A stretch of 64,000 nucleotides of DNA from a virus (IMGVR_UViG_3300031998_000008:96001-160000); one strand, 5' to 3'. Positions 37,266 to 46,952 are shown, counted from the first letter of the stretch. Numbers and translations: made by a program. The notes: a model not told the origin generated them from the letters alone.

Positions 37266-40200
37266 TTACTTTTTATTCCATTTTTTTGCGTTTTGTGCGA
37301 ATATTGCCCTTTTCCTTGTTAATGGGTTTTTTGAGTGGGTCAATTCTTCGGTTGATTTTCCGGTTTTTTCTTTTGTCGCATTGAATTTACCTTTATTTTC
37401 GGGTTTTATTTCAATTTTACTTTCGTACATTTCAAATCCGTTGTAATCTATTAACTCTGGTAACATATCTTCCCAACCGGCGTTATAATAAATGTCTTTT
37501 AATTGTGAATCACTTAATGTTGGGCTGTCTTGCATATAGAAATGGTCATCGTGCAATCTATTTTCACCTTTTCTTATGTAAGCATATCTTGGGTCATTTT
37601 CTGCTGTTTGTCCCCTAAATATTTCAACATAAAGTGTATCGCCATCTAACAAATAATCACCTCTTCTTAATCCATCCATGAACATTTTTATTTCATGCGC
37701 CCATTGTTCATCAGTATCAAAACTTTCTTTCAATTCTTTCTTTGTCATTTTGTGGCCTTCATGTATTTTTTTAAGACGGGCCTCTTCTATTTGTTTTTTA
37801 GAAAAACATTTGTGTTCTGATATGCCATCACCAGACACTTCAATATCACCGCCATCGCTTAATACAGTAGGATTGACTTGTTGTTGTATCGCTTGGTTTA
37901 TATTTTGCCCACGTTCAACTTCTACATGTTGAGTTGGAACTGTATCATTAGAACCATTTAATTTTTGGTTTGATATGTGAAGATTTACATCACCATATTT
38001 GCTTGCATTATTAATTTCTGGAGTGTTATTTAAAACCGTGTTTGTTACAGCAGGGATTGTGTTGCCTGTTGTGTTCAATTGAACTGTTGTTGTGTTTTCT
38101 TCTTTTAACACCTCATTCAATTGTTGCCTTGTTAAAATAACTCTTTTAACGTTTTTATTTTCGTACATTGTTCTTTCTTTTATTGTAAATTCATTTTCAT
38201 TTTCTGTTAATTTTAATTCGTGCATGTGTAAATTATCATCGTATATGTCAACATGTCCTGTATCTGCATTTATTCCATATAGTATGAAGTTAAGTTGTCC
38301 GTTTAATGGGTTTTTAAGCCAAACTCTTCCTTTTGTTGAGAAAAACATAACTTCTTGTTTTCCTAACGAATTTCTGTATGTGATATTAAATTGTATTAGT
38401 CTATCACCACCTCTTAAAAATGATGGAATTTTTCCGTCTATTTGTGGAACCTCATATGATTGCCCCGTTTCAATATCATAAATAACATCACCTGTTCCAT
38501 GACCAATTGGCCTATAAACAAACAAAGGACCGTTTGCGTGTTTTACTGACAAGAATTCAGATATTCCATTTAGTTCAACTAGTCTTTCTTTCCTAATTAA
38601 AAAGTTTTTATGTGTTCCTGAATCATATGATGTTATCAATGTTAAACCATAAGGAAATGAACTATCTATTTGAATTGATTCATAATTGCCAATTAATTCG
38701 TTAATGTTAAAGAAATGTCTTGTTGGCATGTCATACCAATAATCTTCTCTTGCAGATGAATCATATATTATATGGAGTATATTTTTTGATGGGCTTATGA
38801 ATTCTGTTTGTACACTTCTTCCATATGAATGATGCCCATTTTGAAGGTCTTCCATCCATGAGTGACCGTTTGGTAACACTAATGGCTCGTTTGTGTTTAT
38901 GTCAATTAATGCCAATTGCTTATCAGTCATTTTAACCTCATAGAAGCCGTCTGGGTTATTTTCATCAATTTCCCATGTTGATATTCTTGTAATAAATTTG
39001 AACTTTTTTTGCCCTTCTACTTCAACAAATTTATGGTTTCTTGTGTCATAAATCATATATGAAGAGCCAACAGAACAAAGAATTACGTTTCTGTATCCAC
39101 TTGCTTCTAAGCCATAGTATCCGTTCTTCGACTCAGGAGATGTAAAGTCACCTCTATACCATCCATCTATTTTATGTATTGTTTCAAATAGGATTTTGTT
39201 ACCGTCAATTAAACAAGCCCATGTATTATCGTTTATTGTTACAAGCAAAGACCTTACAGAATTATTTAATGCTTTATCATACATTTTTCCATATTTAGCC
39301 AATACTTCTTCCTCATTACCGTCAGCGCTATTACGTGCTGCTAATGCTTCTTGGCTTATTGCTGAAATCTTTGCTGTATTTGTTAATACAGTGTCTAATC
39401 TTGACTCAAATTCGCCGAATGCTGACTTTATATTACCGCCATTCATTCTCATTTGGGCATACTTGAAAATTCTAAGTACATCAAGTTTTTCCTTGTTTGC
39501 TATTTTTCTTTGGTTTCCTGCATCAGATTCAATCTTTTCACGGTCATGTTGCCATATCTTGAATATTCTTTTCAAATCATCAACATTTACGCCTGTAATT
39601 CTCATAAATTCATCTGTTGTGTAAGCATGGTCTGCTTCACAATATGAATCGTCTTTACTACTACCATGGTTCCATCTTGAAGTAATATATGTTGGTTCCC
39701 ATGAACTATTCTTTTGTAAAACGGCAATTAATGAGTTTCCATATTCGTCTTGTGGCTTATCGTATGACCATCCTTCGGTTTTTCTTCTTGGTATATTTTC
39801 AAATCCATCTTTTCTGAATATTACATAGTGTATTCCTAATCTTCTTATATATCCATTATAGTGTTGTTCACCATACGTAATACACCATGCTCCTGGCTCC
39901 GTAAATGAATTGTATTTTCTTGCTTCATCATATGAATATAATATATCAAATGTGTATCCGTTTCCAACGTGATTATCTCTATTGAGCGTTTCAACCTTTT
40001 CTTTTGGAACTTTAACGGGCTCTATTCCAAGTTCTTTATCAATTGCCTTATTGTATTTTCTTAATAGTTTTTCCAAAGACAATGAACCAAAGTCTTCAGG
40101 CTGTTCAAATTGAGTACCAACACTATCAATATAGGCATTTCTTAAAACAAGAATCAATGCGCTTAGTCTTTCGCATATTTCGGGTATAAATTTATCTTCT

Positions 40201-40499
40201 TTTTGTGGGTAAAGTGCATTGATGTATTTATCAGTTGTTAACTTTCCTTCAAAATAATATCTTGTAACACCTGCTAAATAATAATTTGACTCTAAAGACA
40301 AATTTCTTATGTTTGCTTCGTTTACAAATTTAGACAAAAGGAATTGTTTAAGTTGACTAATGTTTTGTATTGATGGGTTGTATTTTTGTACATACCCAAG
40401 GTATGGCATCAAAAGGTTGTCTCTTGAGCCCTCGTTTAACTTTTCCTTAAACTCTCTTATTACATTTGAAATTATATTATATGTTTTTTTACTATTCAC
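37266..40499 (-). CDS. Large multi-domain tagged protein with a WC[IT] domain (start revised to GTG at 40499)
   Basis: The track start crosses a terminator and promoter; GAWCITYG, DEYGNSLIAV..ITSRWNH; internal tags ILTRQQLNEVLKEE, MTKKELKES; basic C-terminal module. Confidence 0.75.
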   Translation of the reverse strand: MNSKKTYNIISNVIREFKEKLNEGSRDNLLMPYLGYVQKYNPSIQNISQLKQFLLSKFVNEANIRNLSLESNYYLAGVTRYYFEGKLTTDKYINALYPQKEDKFIPEICERLSALILVLRNAYIDSVGTQFEQPEDFGSLSLEKLLRKYNKAIDKELGIEPVKVPKEKVETLNRDNHVGNGYTFDILYSYDEARKYNSFTEPGAWCITYGEQHYNGYIRRLGIHYVIFRKDGFENIPRRKTEGWSYDKPQDEYGNSLIAVLQKNSSWEPTYITSRWNHGSSKDDSYCEADHAYTTDEFMRITGVNVDDLKRIFKIWQHDREKIESDAGNQRKIANKEKLDVLRIFKYAQMRMNGGNIKSAFGEFESRLDTVLTNTAKISAISQEALAARNSADGNEEEVLAKYGKMYDKALNNSVRSLLVTINDNTWACLIDGNKILFETIHKIDGWYRGDFTSPESKNGYYGLEASGYRNVILCSVGSSYMIYDTRNHKFVEVEGQKKFKFITRISTWEIDENNPDGFYEVKMTDKQLALIDINTNEPLVLPNGHSWMEDLQNGHHSYGRSVQTEFISPSKNILHIIYDSSAREDYWYDMPTRHFFNINELIGNYESIQIDSSFPYGLTLITSYDSGTHKNFLIRKERLVELNGISEFLSVKHANGPLFVYRPIGHGTGDVIYDIETGQSYEVPQIDGKIPSFLRGGDRLIQFNITYRNSLGKQEVMFFSTKGRVWLKNPLNGQLNFILYGINADTGHVDIYDDNLHMHELKLTENENEFTIKERTMYENKNVKRVILTRQQLNEVLKEENTTTVQLNTTGNTIPAVTNTVLNNTPEINNASKYGDVNLHISNQKLNGSNDTVPTQHVEVERGQNINQAIQQQVNPTVLSDGGDIEVSGDGISEHKCFSKKQIEEARLKKIHEGHKMTKKELKESFDTDEQWAHEIKMFMDGLRRGDYLLDGDTLYVEIFRGQTAENDPRYAYIRKGENRLHDDHFYMQDSPTLSDSQLKDIYYNAGWEDMLPELIDYNGFEMYESKIEIKPENKGKFNATKEKTGKSTEELTHSKNPLTRKRAIFAQNAKKWNKK

Positions 40500-40515
40500 T
40501 AAGAAATATTTTATA

Positions 40516-40524
40516 ATAAATAGT
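40516..40524 (-). promoter_or_regulatory. Putative late promoter motif
   Basis: ACTATTTAT 16 nt before the GTG at 40499. Confidence 0.7.
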
Positions 40525-40534
40525 TTTGGGCAAT

Positions 40535-40565
40535 AAAAAAACGAGCGCTTTTTCAAACGCTCGTT
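40535..40565 (-). terminator. Terminator
   Basis: A7CGAGCG/CGCTCGTT. Confidence 0.8.
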
Positions 40566-40585
40566 CACGTATAATGTTCTTAGTT

Positions 40586-41225
40586 TTAGTCAAATTTTGG
40601 AGAACTGAAAGGTGAATTGTTTGGCTTTGATTGTTTTTTAGGTAACTCTTTTCTGCTTTTATCCATTAATTCATCTTGTGTTGGTCCCAAGTTTTCTTGT
40701 ATCATGTTTAATTGCTTTTTTGTAAAGATAACTTGTTCCATCATTGGTGGTTGTTCATCACCTTGTGCCATATCATCACCATTTTGTGTCTCATCTCTAC
40801 TTAACATACTTTCAGCATATGACCTAACAGCTTCTCTATCTTCGTCTGATAATTGGTTTATTATTGACATTGTATCATCAGAGCCTTCTCCTGCTGTGTT
40901 CGGGTCTTCTCCCATTGGTCCACCGTCCATTTGTTCATCATCTCCCATTGTTCCACCTGCATTTGGGTCATCCATTGGTGCATCACCCATTGGTCCACCC
41001 GCATTTGGGTCATCCATTGGCGCATCACCCATAGGGCCACCTGCGTTTGGGTCATCCATTGGTGCGCCTCCCATTGCATTAGGGTCGCCACCCATCATTG
41101 GGTCTTGTGAAAAAGAAGCATCATCTATAGGAGGTTGTTGAGCATTTCCTCCTGTAGACGATGCATTATTTAATTTTAAGAACGTTTTTTCGTCAACTGA
41201 ATTTTCAGTTAATCCTCTTTTTTTT
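40586..41225 (-). CDS. Acidic repeat protein segment, probably the -1 frameshift extension of 41209..43008
   Basis: Frame stays open from the A9 run (about 41225) through the ATG at 41098 to the stop at 40586; tag IFTKKQLNMIQE. Confidence 0.6.
40945..41070 (-). repeat. 42-bp tandem repeat (APMDDPNAGGPMGD x about 3)
   Basis: Repeated in both protein and DNA. Confidence 0.85.
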
Positions 41226-41226
41226 T
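41193..41226 (-). other. Candidate programmed -1 frameshift signal
   Basis: mRNA U AAA AAA AAA GAGGA, then hairpin UUAACUGA-AAAU-UCAGUUGA. Confidence 0.55.
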
Positions 41227-43008
41227 ATTTTCGCCTTCAATCGGAATACCTTTCTTTAATTGGTACATAACATCTTTAGTGACTGCATTTACCAATTGTG
41301 TGAATGGGTCGCCATCACCAATTTTGCTACCAAATGGTTCTTCGCTGTGAACACTGTCATCGTTCCAGTCTCTACCCCATTGATTTTGGTCTTCACCTGT
41401 TGTTGGTAATTGCATAGGTTGCTTTCTGTAACCAGGGTGTTTACCGAAAACATGAAGTTCATCTTCTTTTAAGATTCTCTTAACAACTGATTCAACGATT
41501 CTGTCCATTCTTTGTCTCTTTGCTTCCATCATTGGTTCTTCCTCAGTGTCTTCTTCACCGCCAAAATCTTCTTCGCCACCGAAATTTTCTTCACCGCCGA
41601 AGTCTTCTTCACCGCCAAAGTCTTCGCCACCAAAGTCTTCACCACCTTCGAAATCTTCTTCACCACCGAAGTCTTCTTCACCACCGAAGTCTTCTTCGCC
41701 ACCGAAATCTTCTTCACCACCTAAATCGTCAGTTTCATCTCCATTGATTTGTGCTTTCAATGCTTCCAATTCTGCTTTTAATGATTCGATTTCTGCTCTC
41801 AAGTCTTCGTCACCTGTTTCTTCATCACCTAATTCTTCATCACCTTCAAAGTTTTCTTCATCACCGAAGTCTTCACCACCCTCTTCATCTGAAAATTCAT
41901 CATCAAGGCCAGCGTCAAAATCAGTATCTGTTGAAGCGTCACCATCTTCTGAATCAAAATCATCGTTATTCAAGTCGAAGTCTTCACCATCTTCTTCAGA
42001 ACCGTTAGCTTCTAATGATTCATCACCATTACCATCATCGTCTGAATTGAAGTCATCTTCTTCACCTTCGTTTATTGAGTTGTTGAATGGGTCGTTGTTA
42101 TGGTCTGTGTCAGGTTCTCCTATACCTGCTGAACTTGGTAAGCCTTCATCCCATTCAGTTGTTTCTTCGTTTACATTTTTTTGGCCATCCATTTCCCAGC
42201 CTACTTGTTTTGGGTCTCTACCTTTACCTATTCCCTCTGTTCCCCAATTTTCTGTGTTAGGCATCAATGGGTTGTCACCAATATCACCCGCTTCTTCGTT
42301 GCAGTTCTTGCAAGTGCATGGGTTGTTGCCGCATTTTTCACAGCAAGTGTTTTCGTTTACTGATGATGGCTTTTGATTGAATGGTCCACTTGTTTGTTTT
42401 TCATGTGGATTGTTTCCATTGAATCCTTTAACATCGTCTTGTTCAACAACCTTTGCTTCAGTACCATCGTTTATTGAATTTCCATTTTTCTTTGGAGTTT
42501 CTGGATTTGTACCACTGAACTTAACAACACCGTCTTTATTTGAAGCACCGATTTCGTTTGCTTCATTCATAATCATTGAAGCGTTGTACATGATTTGTCT
42601 TTGACGTGCAATTTCATTTCTCATCCTATCAGTACCTTCAACCAAGAATTCTTCTTTCTTGAATGGGTCCAAAGTAGCGATGTTTACATTGCCTTCACAA
42701 GCCTCATTAATTGAAGCAAGTTTAAGTTCAAAGTTCTTCAAAGCATTTGCATAACTCTTGTATTCATAGTTTCCTCTGTTGCAGAAACCGCCAAGATAAT
42801 CATATGCTTCAGCTACCATTTCCTTATCCTTAGGTGCTGATTTGATATAATATTTATTGCATTCTCTAATAATACCATAGCTCTTGCCATCTGCTGCAAT
42901 TGCGTGATATTCTAATGTGTGACTTTTAAAGTCATTGCCTTCGTTTAATTCTTTACCATAAGTGTAAAGTCCTTTCATTCTGGCAATTGTTTCTTCAAAA
43001 TTTGACAT
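41209..43008 (-). CDS. Highly acidic prohead-core/internal protein
   Basis: GGEEDF repeats, many [LIVM]xE sites, tag RIVESVVKRILKED; late-motif variant at 43051-43059. Confidence 0.75.
   Translation of the reverse strand: MSNFEETIARMKGLYTYGKELNEGNDFKSHTLEYHAIAADGKSYGIIRECNKYYIKSAPKDKEMVAEAYDYLGGFCNRGNYEYKSYANALKNFELKLASINEACEGNVNIATLDPFKKEEFLVEGTDRMRNEIARQRQIMYNASMIMNEANEIGASNKDGVVKFSGTNPETPKKNGNSINDGTEAKVVEQDDVKGFNGNNPHEKQTSGPFNQKPSSVNENTCCEKCGNNPCTCKNCNEEAGDIGDNPLMPNTENWGTEGIGKGRDPKQVGWEMDGQKNVNEETTEWDEGLPSSAGIGEPDTDHNNDPFNNSINEGEEDDFNSDDDGNGDESLEANGSEEDGEDFDLNNDDFDSEDGDASTDTDFDAGLDDEFSDEEGGEDFGDEENFEGDEELGDEETGDEDLRAEIESLKAELEALKAQINGDETDDLGGEEDFGGEEDFGGEEDFGGEEDFEGGEDFGGEDFGGEEDFGGEENFGGEEDFGGEEDTEEEPMMEAKRQRMDRIVESVVKRILKEDELHVFGKHPGYRKQPMQLPTTGEDQNQWGRDWNDDSVHSEEPFGSKIGDGDPFTQLVNAVTKDVMYQLKKGIPIEGENKKKED
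41548..41722 (-). repeat. Imperfect 18-bp tandem repeat (GGEEDF x about 10)
   Basis: (gaa)gtcttcttcaccacc units on the + strand. Confidence 0.9.
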
Positions 43009-43077
43009 ATTATTTGATTGTTTTTAATCTATTATTTTCCTTTTTTTCATATAAATAGCATTGAAAATGAAAAAAAA

Positions 43078-45453
43078 TTATGGTAAACTGTTTAAATTAT
43101 CATAGGTTTGGGTTTTTAATTTATACAATTTGTCTAAGTATCCAAGTCTGCGAAGTGACTTAAATACAATGTTTCCGTTTGATATTTCTGATTTGCCTTT
43201 ATTAAGTTCACCTTTTCTTTCATTTTTGATGGTGTCCCAAAGTTTGTTTGCTTTGTGTGCTATAATCTCAATTTTATGGTTATCTTTTTTGTATTTTTTG
43301 TATAAATCAATTAATTCATCAACATTGTCCATGTATTTTGCAACTTTTGATTTAATCAAATGTTTGTTTACTTTTGCCTTTGCTAATGTGTCTCTTTTTG
43401 GCTCCGTTAGCCATTCATTTTTATCTAATGAGTAAACTCCTGTTGATGCATGCGCTTCGTTTGTGTCTTGTACATATACTTCAACAGGAAAACCAAATAT
43501 ATTAAGACCCTCATGTTCATCATTCCATAAATTCTTCAAAGAATCGAAATATTTTTTAACAAAGTCTGTTCTTCTATCAACCTTTGAAAAATCCATTAAC
43601 ACATGTAAGTCAATGTCTGAATATTTGTCATTCCAATTGAAATTAGCCAAAGAGCCTGTCATAATGACATCATCGGGCTTTACCCAATCAACGCCTAAGA
43701 ATTCAATGAAATCATCTGCAATATCCATGAGTTTAAGCCTGATTCTTGAATCAAGCAAATTGTTCTTCCAAAATTTTGGATTTAATTCACGTTTTATATT
43801 GAATGATGATAAATCAACATCTTCAGGGTCTGTGTCATCTATGATTCTTGCTTCTTTAAGCATTTCTTTTTCTGAGTTTTCATATTCAGTCCATTTTCTG
43901 AAGTAAATATTACCTTTTAGATATGCTTCTGCTTCAACTTTTTCCAACTCTTTATTGTCTTTCACGTCATCATTTGAGGTGAATGTGAGGTTTATTCCCC
44001 TCAAATTTTGTGAGTGGTGAATCATTTCATGCGCAAAAGTTCTTAAAATATCTTTAGGGTGTCTGTCTTTACAGAAAACAGTAATTTCCTTTTCTTCAGG
44101 TGAATAGAAGCCAGTTTTAATGAATAAACCATCTTGTTCTGACCAATCCAAATGAACTTTTGGGAATGGTGACACTTGTAGCCCGCTTTTTTCCATAAAC
44201 TCAGCGATTTTTTTGAAATTTTCTTCAAATTCGCTGTTTTTTGAAGATTCGTTTACATGGTAATATGGATTTAAGTCCATTGACCTTTCAGGACCAAGCA
44301 TAAATACATCAGGACCACCAGGTTCAGCACCTTCTTCCATTGCTCCACCTGCTGTTACACCATCCATAATTCCTGCGTTTACTTTGTTATGTACTTGGTC
44401 TTGTGCTGTTGGAACTTTTTCTTCATACACTGAAAGTCGGCCAGCATCTTCCTCGCTTCTTGGCTTGAATGTTGCTCTATAATTGATTCCTGTTAATCTT
44501 TGTAAATCAACAGAAGTTTGTAATCCTGGTACATTTTCCCCATCAAAGTCATGGTTCCATCTTGTGGTTATATTATCAGGCTCACCATCCAATCCAACAA
44601 TAACAGATATTAATGATAGGCCATATTCATCAAGTGGACAATTTTCACCTTGTTCTTTGGGAATATCTTCAAAACCACGTTTTTCCAATATATAGAATTT
44701 TCCACCATCACTTGTATATTGACCATATTCAAATTGACCTTTTTGTCCACAAATACACCAATCAGTGTAATTTTTCAACATTGCAAGATGTAACTTGCTT
44801 TCTTCAGTAGGAACAAACATTCTTGTGTTATACCCACCAACTAAATGGTCTTTAACTTCAAATACTGTATAATCATGTGAATCTGAATATTCTGAAGAAT
44901 CCAATTCGCTGTTTGTAACTTCCATGAATTTTTCAATGAATGGCTTTGTGTATTCAATAAGTTCGTCATATGAAAATCCGTTCAAATTTCCGTCCAACTG
45001 CAATCCCATTTCGTGCAATAGGTTTTCTCTATTGCATATTCTATTCATTAACTTTCCAAGGTTCATAATTTTACCGCCTTGCATTTCTGAGCCAAAACTG
45101 TAAAATCCAAGTTCTGTTATTGCTATTCTTGCAATACCTTTAATATACTTTTTAATACCATTGTTATATGTTAATCCAAATTGCTGAAGGAAATTTGCTC
45201 TTAAATAATCGAAAAATGTGTTTTTTCCATCCGGATGGTCTGCAACAGATGTGAACAATCCTGATTCACCCTCATCACCTGGGTTCAAAATCCTTTGTAT
45301 CATATCAGGGAGTTCCCTAAGAGGTGTGTCCATCATTGGTTGGAAATATGGTGCTGTATATTCTCTTATGTAAGTATTTACAGCACGGTCAGCTGCTGAT
45401 TCAGCCAACATTATTTTTCTCTTTTGCTCTTCTGTTATGTATATTGTTTTCAT
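43078..45453 (-). CDS. Tagged polyvalent protein: WC[IT] domain + HExxH metallopeptidase + Pol-beta-type nucleotidyltransferase
   Basis: MKTIYITEEQ tag; TDWCICG..ITTRWNH; RTFAHEMIHHSQ..EAEAY; MTGSLANFNW..YSDIDLH. Confidence 0.8.
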   Translation of the reverse strand: MKTIYITEEQKRKIMLAESAADRAVNTYIREYTAPYFQPMMDTPLRELPDMIQRILNPGDEGESGLFTSVADHPDGKNTFFDYLRANFLQQFGLTYNNGIKKYIKGIARIAITELGFYSFGSEMQGGKIMNLGKLMNRICNRENLLHEMGLQLDGNLNGFSYDELIEYTKPFIEKFMEVTNSELDSSEYSDSHDYTVFEVKDHLVGGYNTRMFVPTEESKLHLAMLKNYTDWCICGQKGQFEYGQYTSDGGKFYILEKRGFEDIPKEQGENCPLDEYGLSLISVIVGLDGEPDNITTRWNHDFDGENVPGLQTSVDLQRLTGINYRATFKPRSEEDAGRLSVYEEKVPTAQDQVHNKVNAGIMDGVTAGGAMEEGAEPGGPDVFMLGPERSMDLNPYYHVNESSKNSEFEENFKKIAEFMEKSGLQVSPFPKVHLDWSEQDGLFIKTGFYSPEEKEITVFCKDRHPKDILRTFAHEMIHHSQNLRGINLTFTSNDDVKDNKELEKVEAEAYLKGNIYFRKWTEYENSEKEMLKEARIIDDTDPEDVDLSSFNIKRELNPKFWKNNLLDSRIRLKLMDIADDFIEFLGVDWVKPDDVIMTGSLANFNWNDKYSDIDLHVLMDFSKVDRRTDFVKKYFDSLKNLWNDEHEGLNIFGFPVEVYVQDTNEAHASTGVYSLDKNEWLTEPKRDTLAKAKVNKHLIKSKVAKYMDNVDELIDLYKKYKKDNHKIEIIAHKANKLWDTIKNERKGELNKGKSEISNGNIVFKSLRRLGYLDKLYKLKTQTYDNLNSLP

Positions 45454-45473
45454 TTATAGACAAATTATCATTT

Positions 45474-45482
45474 ATAAATAGT
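45474..45482 (-). promoter_or_regulatory. Putative late promoter motif
   Basis: ACTATTTATA adjacent to a terminator. Confidence 0.7.
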
Positions 45483-45495
45483 TTAATGAACACAT

Positions 45496-45525
45496 AAAAA
45501 AAGTCAGCCATTTCTGACTGACTTT
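45496..45525 (-). terminator. Terminator (GTCAG family)
   Basis: A7GTCAGCC..GACTGACTTT. Confidence 0.8.
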
Positions 45526-45556
45526 ATATTATTATATATGTAGTTTAATTAAAATA

Positions 45557-46054
45557 TTAGTTTTGTAATTTAACCCATATATCAATTGGTGATTTGTTTG
45601 TGTCGTATAATTGGTAAAGTGTGTCACCAATTTGTGCTGTTGAAATTACATAATAATAATTATTAACAAATTCAGGAACTGTATTTTCTGTTACTTTTAT
45701 TTTTGTGTATTCATCTTGTCCTATTGTTGTTTTATCTTCTGTTGTTTCCGCTCTACCTGTTGCGTATTCTATTGTTCCTGCTGAATCTCCGTAAGAAATA
45801 AACCCATAAACAGTTGGTGTAAATCCTGATTCATCTCCACCATCATCATCTTTATTCATTATAGTGTCAATGTCAACAACTTCCAATGAATCACAGCCCT
45901 TAGCATCAAATCCAAAGTTTTTTACTGAAATTTCGCTTGCACCTGTTGTTTCAATGCCTTCAATTTTCATTATTTCAGGCATAAGACCTTGGAATTCAAT
46001 TCCTTCTGAGTAATCGTATTGATTTAATTCGTGGTTTATTTTATAATTTTCCAT
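45557..46054 (-). CDS. Hypothetical late (virion) protein
   Basis: Monocistronic; late motif at 46104-46112. Confidence 0.7.
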   Translation of the reverse strand: MENYKINHELNQYDYSEGIEFQGLMPEIMKIEGIETTGASEISVKNFGFDAKGCDSLEVVDIDTIMNKDDDGGDESGFTPTVYGFISYGDSAGTIEYATGRAETTEDKTTIGQDEYTKIKVTENTVPEFVNNYYYVISTAQIGDTLYQLYDTNKSPIDIWVKLQN

Positions 46055-46103
46055 GTCAAATATTTGTTTATAGTTTTTATTATTTTCAATTTTTTATTCA
46101 ATT

Positions 46104-46112
46104 ATAAATAGT
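46104..46112 (-). promoter_or_regulatory. Putative late promoter motif
   Basis: ACTATTTATA on the minus strand. Confidence 0.65.
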
Positions 46113-46117
46113 CTAAA

Positions 46118-46843
46118 TTAATTAAAAGTTTTTAATAAATACCTTCTTAAAATATTTGAGCCTGTTCCTGAAATTTTAGTATGGTCTCTTACAAACGCTA
46201 TATCCTTTGATGAAGCCATTGTCATTGCCGCATCTCTCTCTTCGTCAGTTTGGAATCCACCTTTTGTTTTTGTTATTTTTTCGTTTTTATTTCTTGGTGC
46301 ATCAAACATATGATACACTGTTACACGTTTAGGGTCAATTAGCAAAGCATCCATTAAATAATCTTGAGCCATAATATCAACACCGTAATAATCACCTACA
46401 ACAAATTTTGCATTTGGATTTTCATATAGTGCGTAGTCTATTGCTAATTTATAGTTCATTTCAAACTCTTCTTCTGTAATATTTCTATGCCCTGAAATGA
46501 AATATGTGTTTGCAACATCAAGTTCTTCTTCCATTGCTTTTTGCAATTCTATTGCTAATTCATCCATATCAGCATCACCAATCTTTTCATAGTCGTACTT
46601 GCTCTTAATTACCTTATTAAGAGTTTTTCCTTGTGATGCGTCAGTTCCACCATTGATAAAAACAAGATAATCCTCAAATCTTACATCTTTATAGACGTAT
46701 TTTTGTCCGTTTTTGAACACAACAAAAAGATTTCCACAGTTTTCATTTTCATCCTCAACCATTTCTGTATAGTATATCATGGATGAATCATACCATATTT
46801 TTTGCGTTCTTGTTTCCTCATCATATACTTTCTTTATAATCAT
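46118..46843 (-). CDS. KTSC-like domain fused to a SLOG (YspA-like) domain (start revised to MIIKK)
   Basis: DSSMI..LFVVFKNGQKYVYKDV..SQGK.LNK.IK (KTSC); FISGHR, VVGDYYGVDIMAQ, RDAAM, SGT (SLOG). Confidence 0.65.
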   Translation of the reverse strand: MIIKKVYDEETRTQKIWYDSSMIYYTEMVEDENENCGNLFVVFKNGQKYVYKDVRFEDYLVFINGGTDASQGKTLNKVIKSKYDYEKIGDADMDELAIELQKAMEEELDVANTYFISGHRNITEEEFEMNYKLAIDYALYENPNAKFVVGDYYGVDIMAQDYLMDALLIDPKRVTVYHMFDAPRNKNEKITKTKGGFQTDEERDAAMTMASSKDIAFVRDHTKISGTGSNILRRYLLKTFN

Positions 46844-46952
46844 AACAAAATGTATTTTATTATAATAATATACGCTTTTTTTGCCAAAAATCAAAACATT
46901 TGTTTTTATTGTTAATTTTTTGTACATTAGCCTTAACAAGAAATTTTTGAAT

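Noticed and set aside
37249-37290. Second -1 frameshift joining 37266 to 36889
   Set aside because: T AAA AAG is not a proper slippery heptamer, the upstream A-run meets a stop in the -1 frame, and the downstream gene has its own ATG and tag
40500-40568. Track start of the 1100-aa ORF at 40568
   Set aside because: It crosses a terminator and the late promoter; GTG at 40499 fits better
41548-41722. Possible CRISPR array
   Set aside because: Contiguous in-frame coding repeats with no unique spacers and no cas genes
41512-42376. Plus-strand PPKSSS-repeat ORFs (41546..42376 and neighbours)
   Set aside because: Antisense shadows of the GGEEDF repeat gene
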